From the human T2T-CHM13v2.0 reference genome, Homo sapiens, in the NCBI RefSeq assembly GCF_009914755.1, contig NC_060935.1: a stretch of 64,000 nucleotides of DNA; one strand, given 5' to 3'. Shown here one piece after another: positions 27,128-42,934 of the stretch. Numbering within the stretch: position 1 is the stretch's first letter; every line of letters begins with the position of its first letter. A model generated the notes under the pieces. It had not been told where the DNA came from, made no database searches, and saw only the letters and a program-made list of their open reading frames with translations. The position numbers and the translations under genes are program-made.

Positions 27128-27449
27128 AAGCAAATTAGAAGTATTTATGAAAGAACAGATAAATGACTTAAAAGACAATTATTATAATGTCCACCGTGTT
27201 TTAAGATCATGGAACCATACATTAAAGGGAATAATCATAACCATAATACTTAAAATGGCCCCAAGACCCATGGAAAAAAAGAGCCCTGCTTTCTCTGTGT
27301 GTTTCGTTTTAAGGTGACTGAGCAGGTGATCCAGGTTGCAGCTTCTCTGGTGGCCATTCATAAAGGGGAAAATTCTCTTTGAACCCACAGCTCTTTGGAT
27401 TAATTTTTCTTCAGCTCCTGAATGGACAACAACCACAACAACAGTGCTG

Positions 27450-27620
27450 ATAGCTGCCATTGGCTCATGGCTTACTGTATTGGGTAACTCACGTGTATTA
27501 CATCTGATCTGAAGCCACTCTGCAAGTTAGATACTGGTACCCCCATTTCACAGATGGGGCAGTGAAGCCCAGAGACATTAAGTGACTTTTCCAAAGGATA
27601 AATCACAGTTAAACACAGGT
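27450..27620 (-). mobile_element. MIR SINE
   Basis: ccccatttcacagatggggcagtgaagcccagagacattaagtgactttt. Confidence 0.75.
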
Positions 27621-28376
27621 ATAGAAGAATGTAAGCCCCAGAAACTTTTTGCTACACTGTACCTCCCTATTCCTTTACCCAGAAACCAGTACTAGAATTT
27701 CATTTTCTATTCCATCAAGGCTGAGAACTCACTATCATGTTCACAGCATCCACAACTGAGCTGCACCTCCATAGCCAGCCTATGTTTTTCTCTGTAGCCT
27801 CTTATTTCAATTCTGCTTTCATGCCAAATTTATTATCATTTCTCCTCAAATACCTTTTATTCTTATACTGCTAAATATCTGTCATTCAGCAAGTCCTATT
27901 TACCTAGATTTTATCAAGTACTGTACTCAACATGTACAAAATTCTCCCTCTCTAGAATGCACTTTCCCCTGTCTCTACCCTTCAAGATCTTATATATCCT
28001 TTAAGGTTATACTCTTACAGGTCAGACACATAGAAAATGTAAACAAATTGTTACTATTGTTATTATTATTATTTTCATCATCAGTTTTCCAATAAAACTT
28101 TGAGCTCCTACAATGTCTAAGCTCTGTGAGGTAGCAGAGATAAAATTACCAATAAGCCATGATATTGACCCCCAGGAGCTATGATCAGGTTGTGGGAGGA
28201 GAGGGCTATTTGGCATGAGCAGGTGGTAACACACAATAGAGTACGGTAGGAACAGCTAAACGTGCCATGGAATATAAAATCCATTTTGGCATTCTGGTAG
28301 AAGGCTTTCCAGAGGAGATACTAGCTCATGCCTAATGAATATGGTGAAGTTAGCCAGGCAAATACAACTTCCATGT

Positions 28377-28488
28377 TATGGTAACCAATTGAACCCATTT
28401 GCTGGGGCTGGGAGTTTTTGTGAGATATGGAACTTTCAGAGCTATAACTGGGACAGTCTGGGGCAAACTCAGATGATTGGTCACCCCA
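28377..28488. mobile_element. MER94-like hAT-Blackjack MITE
   Basis: Terminal inverted repeats tatggtaaccaa / ttggtcacccca, with internal ggaactttcag...actgggacagtctggggcaaact. Confidence 0.7.
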
Positions 28489-30998
28489 TTGCATGTGCAA
28501 AGATGATAACCATGGTCTGGCAAAATATCTTGAATGAACGCATAAATAAATGGATGAATGTTTCATCTATCCATGAAAAAAAAATATCTCCTACCAACTG
28601 ACCTCCTTCCAAATATTTGCTAGCCAACTTGACCTGAGTCTATGTAGCTCTGCCCTGCAAGTTCCTGTCCACTGTGAACATTCATTCTGGGGTTTATGTC
28701 ATAGCAAGATTTTAACAATGAAGATGCAGCTGTCACCAGAAGGTGGGTGGAGGCAGCTCTGGGAAATCACTTTCTCTCTCCCTCTCTTCCTCCCAAGTCT
28801 GTGTGCTTCATTAAAATATGTATGACAACATTTCTCCTCATATTATTGTATCACACCATCCTTAATTGCATAATTCAACATTTTCAAGGGTATTTGGAGG
28901 AAATTTGGATGGTTCATTGACTATTATTTGAAGGAAGCTGAGAATTAAATTTAAAAACATGAGGGAAAATTAGTAGTAGAAGAGACTGATTGAAGGGCTG
29001 ACATGGGCCGACTCTGAGCTTTTGGGTCCTGCCCCCTCTCCACTTTCACTGTTTTTGGGTCTTTGGGCCTACACATAGCCGCTAGTTCCCAGCATGGTCC
29101 CAGGGGACAGCCAGCACAACCTGCCACTTGCCATTCAAAGAATCCTGCTGTCGGTAGTCCTCTCTCCCACACTCCCCCGCCCCTGTTGTTTCTGTTGTCC
29201 TTGTTTGTGATTTTTGACATGCGCTTTGCAGATTGCGTGTTTTTGCTTGCTCTGTTGAATGCACACGTCCTTGGCTGATTGCAATCATGCTGATTGGGAG
29301 CTGTGGCCCAGGGGCCAGGAAAGCTCTGCACTGCCTGTGCTGCGGTGGGGCTTGCTTTTGCCTCTCTGCCCCACTAACTTTCCTCTCCCATGATGGTTTC
29401 CTGGAGCTTCTTTCTGGCCGCCTATGTGGTGCTGGGCCAGTGTGGTCGATACTTGGGAGTAGGCTGCCCTCCTTCTCTTGGCTCAGGTGCTGAGATCATG
29501 TGCTGCAGCCTGGGAGTGCGGCCAGAAGAAGCCGGCCTGGAAACAGGGTTGAGCAGGGTGTGGGTTGCTCAGGGCCTCCAAGGCCCAGGGCAAACATTCA
29601 AGCCCCAGACTGCTTCAAGCTGGGGAGGGGGATTGGGCCCTCCTTGAGGCTCAGCAGAAGGCCCCAGGTTAAAGTCAGCTTCTTGCTCTTGCTCCCAGCC
29701 AACCCTAACTGATTGCTTCCGCAGGGAATGTGCACAATGATACATTTGACTTCATTGGTGGGATGGATTTGCTAGCAAAAGAGACTGCTGGAGGGTGAAA
29801 GAGGTGTCAGTTTATCAAAAGGATGTTGAGGGTTTGAAAAATGATTGCAAGAAATCTGAATTCTTTTCCAACTCTGCCGAACTTGAGATGTTTGGCTAAA
29901 TTCAAAGCTGAACTCATTAGGATTGAAGGAAAGATGACTTCTGTGGAAGCCAGTGAATGTCCCTTGATGAAGAGCTCAGAAGGAAACAGATCTCTCTCTT
30001 CCCACATCTCCCCTGCCACTGGGATTTTCTGGGTGCAGTTCCCACAGTGTGGCTAGAGAGTAAGAAGCATTTTAGGGTTCTTTCCAGTTCTGGAATCTAG
30101 AAGTCATAGCTGAGAATAACCTAGACAACAGCTTTTACACCCCCTTCACCTCAAAGGATGATGCATTCAAGGTCCTGCGGGCAGTCAGCTGGAGTTCAGC
30201 CCCATGTCTGGTGACGCTGCATCTGTGCACCTGTCCCTTGGCAGCACTTCTGCAAACCCTACCTTTCTCTCTGGGTGATGATGCTCACCTGAAAAAGGTC
30301 CACCCTTTGTGATAGCACTCAGCGTCTTGCTGCAGACAAAGCAGTGGGAAAAATCCCTGGGCAGGCCAGGGCCGGCACAACCGCAGCCAAATGTAAAGGC
30401 CACAGGGGCCACAGACATACCTCATCCCCTTCATTGCTCCCCCGAAGGGTCCACCAGCAGCTCTGGGAGCCATAGGCTGAGTGAGTGAAGAAGAGCAAAG
30501 CCCCCTTCACTGGGAAAGTCATTCTGACCCAGCATCTTCATCAGCTTATTTGGGGGCATTTAGCTTGTTCCAGTTCAATAATGCATTCAATAAAACCGTT
30601 AGTGCCTGACATGAATCCCAAATGGGTGTGTGGCTGCCAGGCATGCTGGCCCAGACAGCACCTCCTCCCCCTATCTCCTTCAAATGAAAGCCAGGTGATA
30701 TTAACATGATTAGCATGGATAATATGAAAAATGACAGCAACTTGGGAACAGGCACGGAGAGATTTTGAGGCCTCAGAAGACAGCACAACCAACCACAGAA
30801 CTCAAACCAGCACTGGAACCTCAGGCCTCTCCCTCTGGCTTCCTACTGAACCTAGATGGGAGGTGCTGTTACTGCATTCTCTCTAGCAGGAGGTCGATAA
30901 TTCAGGGATTGGGCTTTGCTTCACAGTGAGGCTGTTCAGGTTTTGGAAGAGAAAGTCAGCTCTATGTGATCTTCTGTCCACAGAGGAAACCCCTATGA

Positions 30999-31371
<373 letters not shown>

Positions 31372-31487
31372 CATAGGTTACTATTTCTAAGAGGCCCTTT
31401 CTGAGAGTCCACATGATGTGTGGTGCCCATGTTGGGAGTACAACCACATTAAAAAGTGCCTGTGGGCAGGAGCAGCTTTGACCAGAG

Positions 31488-32066
31488 TGTAGGATACAGT
31501 AAGTTCCTCTTCAAAGTTTAGCCTGTTAATTTCCTTTAAAATTCAAGAGGGAGAAAATTGTTAAGTACCATGAGTTCTGAGTCTTCTCTCCAAAGAACCA
31601 ATGTATCAGTATGTTCAGCTTCCCTGTTCTTTGTTCTTCATTTTAAAGCTTGACTTCCTTGTTCTTTATGTCTCCTTGCCCCTAGTTTCAGTAAACAACC
31701 CCCTCCTAGCCTGTATCACCTGCTCTGTCCTTAGTCATCCTTAGTCACCTGTTCTGTAACCATCCCTCCTGCCAAAACTACTCACCTCGCCACTCCGGCT
31801 CATACCCTTGCTCTCTTTAAAATAGCCAGTCAGAATTAGCTTAGACTGTGTGGTCCAACCCTAGCCAACAGAGGAAAGACACAGCAGTAGGGACTAGCTG
31901 CGTTAGGAATAAGACCCCCTTCCCCTCCCTTGTCAGGTGTGTTCTCTCCGTTTCTCCATCGCTCCATCTGCGAGATGTACCCTTCTACAGAAGTAAATTG
32001 CCTTGCTGATAAACTTTTGCCTGACTGCTATTTTCACTTGGCGGCACCAAGCATTTGCTTCCAACG
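31488..32066 (+). mobile_element. Solo ERV1 LTR, LTR10A-like (HERV-I family)
   Basis: Starts TGTAGGATACAGTAAGTTCCTCTTCAAAG; aatagcc..gaattagcttagactgtgtggtccaaccctagcc and agaagtaaattgccttgctga are LTR10 motifs; ends ccaacg (CA>CG); 4-bp TSD agag/ggag. Confidence 0.8.
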
Positions 32067-32079
32067 GGAGGTTGGAAGT

Positions 32080-32280
32080 AAGGGCTCTGCAGTCAGACAG
32101 ACCCAAGTTCAAACTCTGGCTCTACCACGTACTGGTAATGGGACTTCAGACAGAACTGAGCTTTAGTTCCTGTATTCTGTAAAAGAGAGGTAAGGATATT
32201 ACCCACCTTCCAGAGTGGCTGGGAAGAAGAATACACACTTGGCTTGGCATGTAGCTAACATTTATTGAATGCTTATTAAC
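32080..32280 (+). mobile_element. MIR SINE
   Basis: gggctctgcagtcagacagacccaagttcaaactctggctctaccacgtact...ctgtaaaagagagg...cttggcatgtag. Confidence 0.8.
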
Positions 32281-33269
32281 ATTACTGAAATCATACTTTT
32301 TTGTACTGTTACTTTATTGATTTTTGTATTATGATGGTTAGAAGTTTCTTCTGAATCCTGCAAATGGCTCTGACCTCTACCCTTGCCTATGACCTTTCCT
32401 TCCTTTTCTTCCAAACATACACACACGCACACACTCACACACATACACAGAGCAAGTTATTGCCCATTACATCTGCTCTTTCCCTCTGATCTTGTTTCAT
32501 TAAAAATGCTAATTCCCCCAGCCTGCCTTCCATCTTGGCATTTGCATATACATGAGCAGCTCATTCCTATTCTGGAATGGTGGCCTCTGGGCTGATCTGG
32601 GGCCTGAAAGGGAGCTCTGTTGGGAAGGGCTTGGGGGAAGCCAGGCCCAAAGCTGCCAGGAGGGGGTGGCCACTTGCTGGGCTCCTCATTTGATCTCCTT
32701 TATTCTTGCTTGCCCTCTCCTGGAGGCACCTGCTGGTAAGCAGGAGGATGCCAGCTCATGCCACGGAGACTTCTGCCTGGCATTGTCTTGCCAGTGTCAG
32801 TTCCAGGCAGGAGATGTGACCTATGCACCCTGCAGTGGCAGGAGGCTGGTGCTGGCACTGCCTTCTGGGGAGGCAGCATCACTTGGCCAAGCATCCCCCG
32901 GGACATTCTTTTCCAGCACTTGGAGGCACACTCTGGAGTCCAGTCATGTTAAACAATAAAGCACAGTGATTATGACAGCTCTCGGAGCCTGGAAGACATT
33001 ATGACCACTAAGCGGGTGTCCATAATTCGATAGGAAAATGTCAGGAAACATAGATTCGATGGTTCTACACATTCATTTTGGAGTGAGTGATGTGGCAGAC
33101 AAAGAAAGCATTCTTGAGATCCATGCAGTAGGTTCAAATACTATCTTGTCACTTAATAGCTAGATAGCCTAGGTACTCATTGGCTCAGAGCCTCGGCTTC
33201 CTAATCTTTGATATAAGTGTAATGATGACTCCTTCATAGAGTGAGAGGATGTTGCAACAGGAACAGTGC

Positions 33270-33740
33270 CTGCTCACACATCCGCCCCCCACTCCCCGTC
33301 ATCTCCGCTGTCCCCAGCCCGGTCTGAGCCACTTTCCTATCCGGACACTTCAACTGCCTGCAGAAGGTCTCCCCACACTTCACTTTTGCTTCTTTCCAAT
33401 CCACTTTCCACACCATGACGAAGGTGCTTGTAAAAACACAAATCGGATCATATCATTTTTTCCTGCTTTAAACACTAACCTGGCTTTCCCTTCTTCTTGA
33501 GGAAAAAAGTTCAAATATCCCTAACTCGTCCCCTGTGACTCCTCCAGTCTCATCTCACTCACTCCTCCCCTGCTAACAATTCTCCACCACACAGACCTTC
33601 TCCAGTGTTATTAATACGCTAAGTTTCTTCTGCATCAGAGCAAAAAAATCCCCTGAGCTCCCAAGCCAGATTAGGTTCCCCTTCACCCGCATCAATGCGC
33701 TCTGCATTTACCCTGTGGGTTTAGTGTGTACTTCTGTGTC
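33270..33740 (+). mobile_element. L2 LINE fragment
   Basis: ccaatccactttccacacc...aaacacaaatcggatcatatca...cctgctttaaacac...cctccagtctcatctc. Confidence 0.65.
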
Positions 33741-34269
33741 AGTTGTATCTACACGTCTATTATTTTGTTTATCTTTTATTATTTTAGGAATAATTTCCTC
33801 TCTTTGAGAAGCCACATCACTGCCAAGGAAACCCCTGGGTGATGTGTGTTCCGGCACAAACCAAGGGACAGGAGGGCTGTGTGTCACTGCAAATGCTGGG
33901 TGCAGTGTGTGGTCCCCCCATGCCTGCCCTGCAAGTGTGTTGCCCTAGGTCTCAGGCTGTATGGACCTGGCCCTGTGGGCCTTCTCACTCCCACGTGACA
34001 TCAGTGGCCATGGGCTCCAAACCCCACAGTCCCTGAAGCAGAAGTTCTCTCTCATTTTTTCAGAGGAGGCGGGAGAGAGGATAAGCACCCTCCAGCTGAG
34101 AAGTACGCGGACTCAAGCTCAGAGCAGCTTCCACTCCTTCCTTTCTCTCTTTGAACAGGTTGTACATTTTACTGGCACAGATTAGAACTTTATTCCCAGA
34201 ATCATTAGGATCTAAGATGTATTTATTCTATAAATATTTATGAAGTAATTCTTCTCAATGAAGCCTGTT

Positions 34270-34426
34270 CCCTGTGCTTTATTTTTATCTGCTTATTATC
34301 TCCTTTAAGTCTCACAACAGTCCTGCTAGGTAAGTAAGTATGCTGACTATTACCTTCATTTTACAGATGAGATAACTGAGGCATAGAAAGGTGAAGTCAT
34401 TTGCTTCAGACCCTATAGTTATTTAT

Positions 34427-34457
<31 letters not shown>

Positions 34458-34925
34458 TTTTTTTGTATTATACTTTAAGTTCTAGGGTACATGGGCACAA
34501 CGTGCAGGTTTGTTACATATGGATACATGCGCCATGCTGGTGTGCTGCACCCATTAACTCATCATTTACATTAGCTATATCTCCTAATGCTATCCCTCCC
34601 CCCTCCCCCCACCCCACAACAGGCCTCGGTGTATGATGTTCCCCTTCCTGTGTCCAAGTGTTCTCATTGTTCAATTCCCACCTATGAGTGAGTGAGAACA
34701 TGCGGTGTTTGGTTTTTTGTCCTTGTGATAGCTTGCTGAGAATGATGGTTTCCAGCTTCATCCATGTCTCTACAAAGGACATGAACTCGTCATTTTTTAT
34801 GGCTGCATAGTATTCCATGGTGTATATGTGCCACATTTTCTTAATCCTGGATTAAGAAAATGTGACCCTATAGTTATTAAGTGGTGGAGCTAGAAGTCAA
34901 ATTCAGATGGTCTGACTTCCAGACC
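34270..34925 (-). mobile_element. MIR SINE split by an L1 insertion (34270-34423 and 34864-34925)
   Basis: tctcacaacagtcctgctaggtaag...cattttacagatgagataactgaggcatagaaaggtgaagtcatttgc [L1] ...aagtggtggagctagaagtcaaattcagatggtctgacttccaga. Confidence 0.8.
34424..34864 (-). mobile_element. 5'-truncated L1PA (L1PA4/5-like): ORF2 C-terminus plus 3'UTR; tail expanded to (TA)n
   Basis: ORF 34513-34836 MWHIYTMEYYAAIKNDEFMSF..WMKLETIILSKLSQ is the L1 ORF2 end; TSD gaccctatagttatt at 34409-34423 and 34864-34878. Confidence 0.95.
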
Positions 34926-34999
34926 TGCCTAGTTACATAACCACAATCCAAATTCAGATGGTCTGACTTCCGGACCTGCCTAGATACGTAACCGCAATC
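34898..34999. repeat. 51-bp tandem duplication (2 copies, 4 differences)
   Basis: caaattcagatggtctgacttccagacctgcctagttacataaccacaatc / caaattcagatggtctgacttccggacctgcctagatacgtaaccgcaatc. Confidence 0.95.
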
Positions 35000-35019
35000 C
35001 AACCAGAGGGCAGCAAAAT

Positions 35020-37681
<2,662 letters not shown>

Positions 37682-39149
37682 CTGAGGTTATACATTTAAA
37701 CTTAAGCTAAGTGGCAGGGTTGTGCGTGTTTCTCTAATCCATTTGGCTGCTCTATTAGAGGTGAAGTTAACTGGGGTAGGAATTAACTCAGATGCCATCA
37801 CCAACCCCTACACTGACTACCTTTGTTAGGGTCATTAGTGCTTTAAGGCCAGGCGGGTCAGAGCATGAAGTCCAAAGACATGGCCTTATAAGAATTGGAT
37901 TCCAGAAAAGGTGCTGGTCCAGCTGTCTCTGACCCACACTTCTGAGGACTGCTCATCCAGGGTTCCCTGGCCCCACCAGCTTCCTCCAGGCCCCTGCTTC
38001 TGGACACTGTGGCTTGTCCCTCCACATCCCCCTGCCAGCCCCCTTTGAGCCCCACCAGCCACCTCTGTCCTCACCCTTCCTATCTCTGTCTCGCACAGCG
38101 CATGCCTGAATTCAGCCTGTTTGGGTTGCCTGTTCCCACTCTGACTTGCAAATGCAGACCCCTTGGGCTCACATTCTGGAGAAAACATAAACACCTCTCC
38201 TCTGTTGGCATGGGGATACCCTCAAATTTGGTGGCTCTCGGCTGCCCCCACCTGCCATAAATCAGATAGGACCGCAGCTACCCAGCTCAGCCCTGGTAAA
38301 CCCCTTGGGGCTTGGCAGGAATGGCTTTCCCGGATCGAATTTCTTGGCAGAGAATTGGAAGGGATTTAAAATAACTGAGCACACCATACCACCCGTTTCC
38401 AGCTCCAAATAGAATTTGGAGTCCATTTCACACAGCGCTGGGGTTCTCTCACCCACAGATGGTGTTACCAAAATTGTGTGTGCTGCTGCTCTGTTTGTCT
38501 CTAGGCTTGTCTACCTCGACCTGCACTGCTGGCCTTTCCAAACTCTTCCTGGCCTGCGTGCTCCATGGCCATCTGGGTGTCAGCGTGCCCTCACATGTCT
38601 GTCAGCTGCCAGACTCCCTGGATCTCTGTCTATTGATTGATCTGTAAATTTCCCGCACTGTGCATCCATCAGCCGTCCACCCCCTCCACTCCTCCTGCAT
38701 GCACATATGCCTGCCTGCACCCCGCTCCAGCCTGGAGGAAGCTTTCTCTCCTCTTTTGGCAATTGGCGGTCATGTCTCAGAATCCACAATATGTTGATTC
38801 TTTTCAGAATCAACACACCCTCTCCTCCGCACTATCTGACCTGGCTGGACAACAGGCAGAGGCTGTTGACATGAGTTGAGGGTGCTGCTCTATACCACAG
38901 TGGGGTATACTGCAGGGGAAAGAGGTGTGGTCTCAGAGTCATGAAACCTACCTTCTACTTGACCATTGGGAAGTCACGAATCTCTGAGTCATTCTCCTCA
39001 TCTAAGAAATAGGGGTAATATTACCTGTCCCACAGGAGTGGTTTGAGGATTTGATGATGTCTCTGTGAAGCTCAGCTCACAGCACAAAGTAGGGATTTAA
39101 AAATGCTCTTTAATCTGTGGTCTATGGTAACTATCAAACAAGTAATGCT

Positions 39150-39520
39150 AACAACGATCATTTATTGAATAATTATTCTCAGTGTGTTAAGGACTTTATA
39201 TATTTCATTGTGTTTAATTTTTGTAAGACTTAATGACTTTGATCATCAAAGTATGGTTCCCCAAACAGCAGCCTCAGCATTACCTGGGAATAGTTACAAA
39301 TGCTGAATCTCAGTCTCCATCACCAAGCGTTTTCCATCAGAATTGGCATTTTAACAAGATTCCCAAGATGTTGAAAGTGACATCCTGCGATTATTTACCC
39401 CCTTTTCACAGGTGAGGACACTGAGACCTAAACTGGGTGCATAATTTGTCCTGGATCACACAGCAGGCAGCTGGCAAATCTAGGTTCTAAAACTGGCTTC
39501 CCAGATATCAGTCCTTCACC
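39150..39520 (-). mobile_element. MIR SINE with nested MER5A-like DNA transposon (~39248-39375)
   Basis: catttattgaa...[aaagtatggttcccc..cagcagcctcagcattacctgggaa..tgctgaatctcag..cattttaacaagattccc]...tttcacaggtgaggacactgagacc...gatcacacagc. Confidence 0.7.
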
Positions 39521-41073
39521 ACCATGGCAGAGTGTGTTAATCAGTGTTCACACTCACGCACATGCTCACACCCACGGAAAGGACACGGTGGCCACTCAGC
39601 AGGTTCGGAGCCCATGATCCGAAATGCCCAGGGTGCAGAAGACCCAACCCAGTTGAGAACTATCTTCTCCTTCCCCAGAAGGAAGTGCAGCAGCAGGAAC
39701 ATGAGAATGCAGGCTTCTGTTTAACTAGCTGTGTGATCCCGCGCAAGTTACTTCACCTCTCTGGGCCTCTATTTCTTAGATTTACAAAGTGGGATGATTT
39801 GCCCAGATGTAACAGTGTGCCTCTGTTATTGCCCTTTTGTCTCGTTGGTGATTCTGTTTTGACAATCATACCCATAAGAAGCCTGTTGGTGTTTCTGTCT
39901 GATGTCAGTTATCACTCCGGGAATGGAGTTAGGATGAGGGGGAGAGAGAAGAGGATGTAAGAGGTTGTAAGGGAATGGTTGAATTAAACCTGGCTTTCCT
40001 TAAAATGACTCATTCTCAAGCATAGACAAATCAGGGAGGCCTGTGTCAATTACTCCTTGTGATTATTCCCGAGCCTATTTGTGGAACTCCAGGCCCTTTC
40101 CGTACCTCATTCGGAGGGCTTTTCTCAGGGGGTTTATGGACCAAGGACATCTGGTGCCTGAGGCTTTATGTCTGTTGGTGTGATCATCCAAACTGGGGAA
40201 GGGCCTATAACACTCCAAATGCTGGTGCCCGAATATCTTTAATTCCTTCTGAAGGGTCGGGGTTATTTCTCCATCGGGAGCACTAATGGGATTCTAATAC
40301 CCTGGCAAATGGGATTTTTTACAACTGCCATTCTGCAGTTACTGAGATGGCGTGTCGCTGGGACAGCCCTATAAATCCTGTCAACTCACTCTGAGGAGGA
40401 GGCGGCCACAGGGAGAGGTGGCTGCTTCCAGTGCTGGCAGCCTGGGGGGCCCTCTGAGGGGTGTCCAGGTTCTAGTTCTCAGGATGAGTTACTATCTTTG
40501 CCAGGGAGAGATGGTAAATCATGGGAATGGGGCAGGGCACAGCCCTAGGGCCTCAGAGAAGCCACAGGAGTTTGATGGGAAGGAGGCAGTAGGCCCCTGG
40601 GAAAAGTGCTCTTCACTTCCTCTCCTTTTGCAGTTTGGTTTTCCAAGGCCTCTGTCTCTGAGGGCTCATGGACACAAGACCTAAGGATATCTACCAAAAG
40701 CAGGTACCTCTGTCCTTTTAATTCCAGGGGAACAGGGCCCAGAGAAAAACTCACGGTAGATATTAAGGAAAAGGAAAATGCAATACAGCCCATCTTTATG
40801 TTGGAGTTAAACTTGATGCCCCAGGGTATTGTTCCCAAAGACAGATATTTACATAGATATCTCATGTGCAGATGAATGACTCTCTAAGCCTGGGTTCTCT
40901 GTGAAGCCACGTCCCTTATATCGGTACACTGTTTACAGACAACCTCTCATTTTGATCACTAGAATAAATCAGAAGGATTGAAGGGCAAGATTATTTTCTT
41001 TCCACTTCAGGGATGAAAAATAACATGGCAGGCCTTAAACAACTTGTTGCAGGGAACCTAAGTTGAAATTTGC

Positions 41074-42934
<1,861 letters not shown>

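Noticed and set aside
32058-32078. CTTCCAAC-gggag-GTTGGAAG hairpin at the LTR 3' boundary
   Set aside because: Formed by juxtaposition of the LTR end and flank; most likely coincidental
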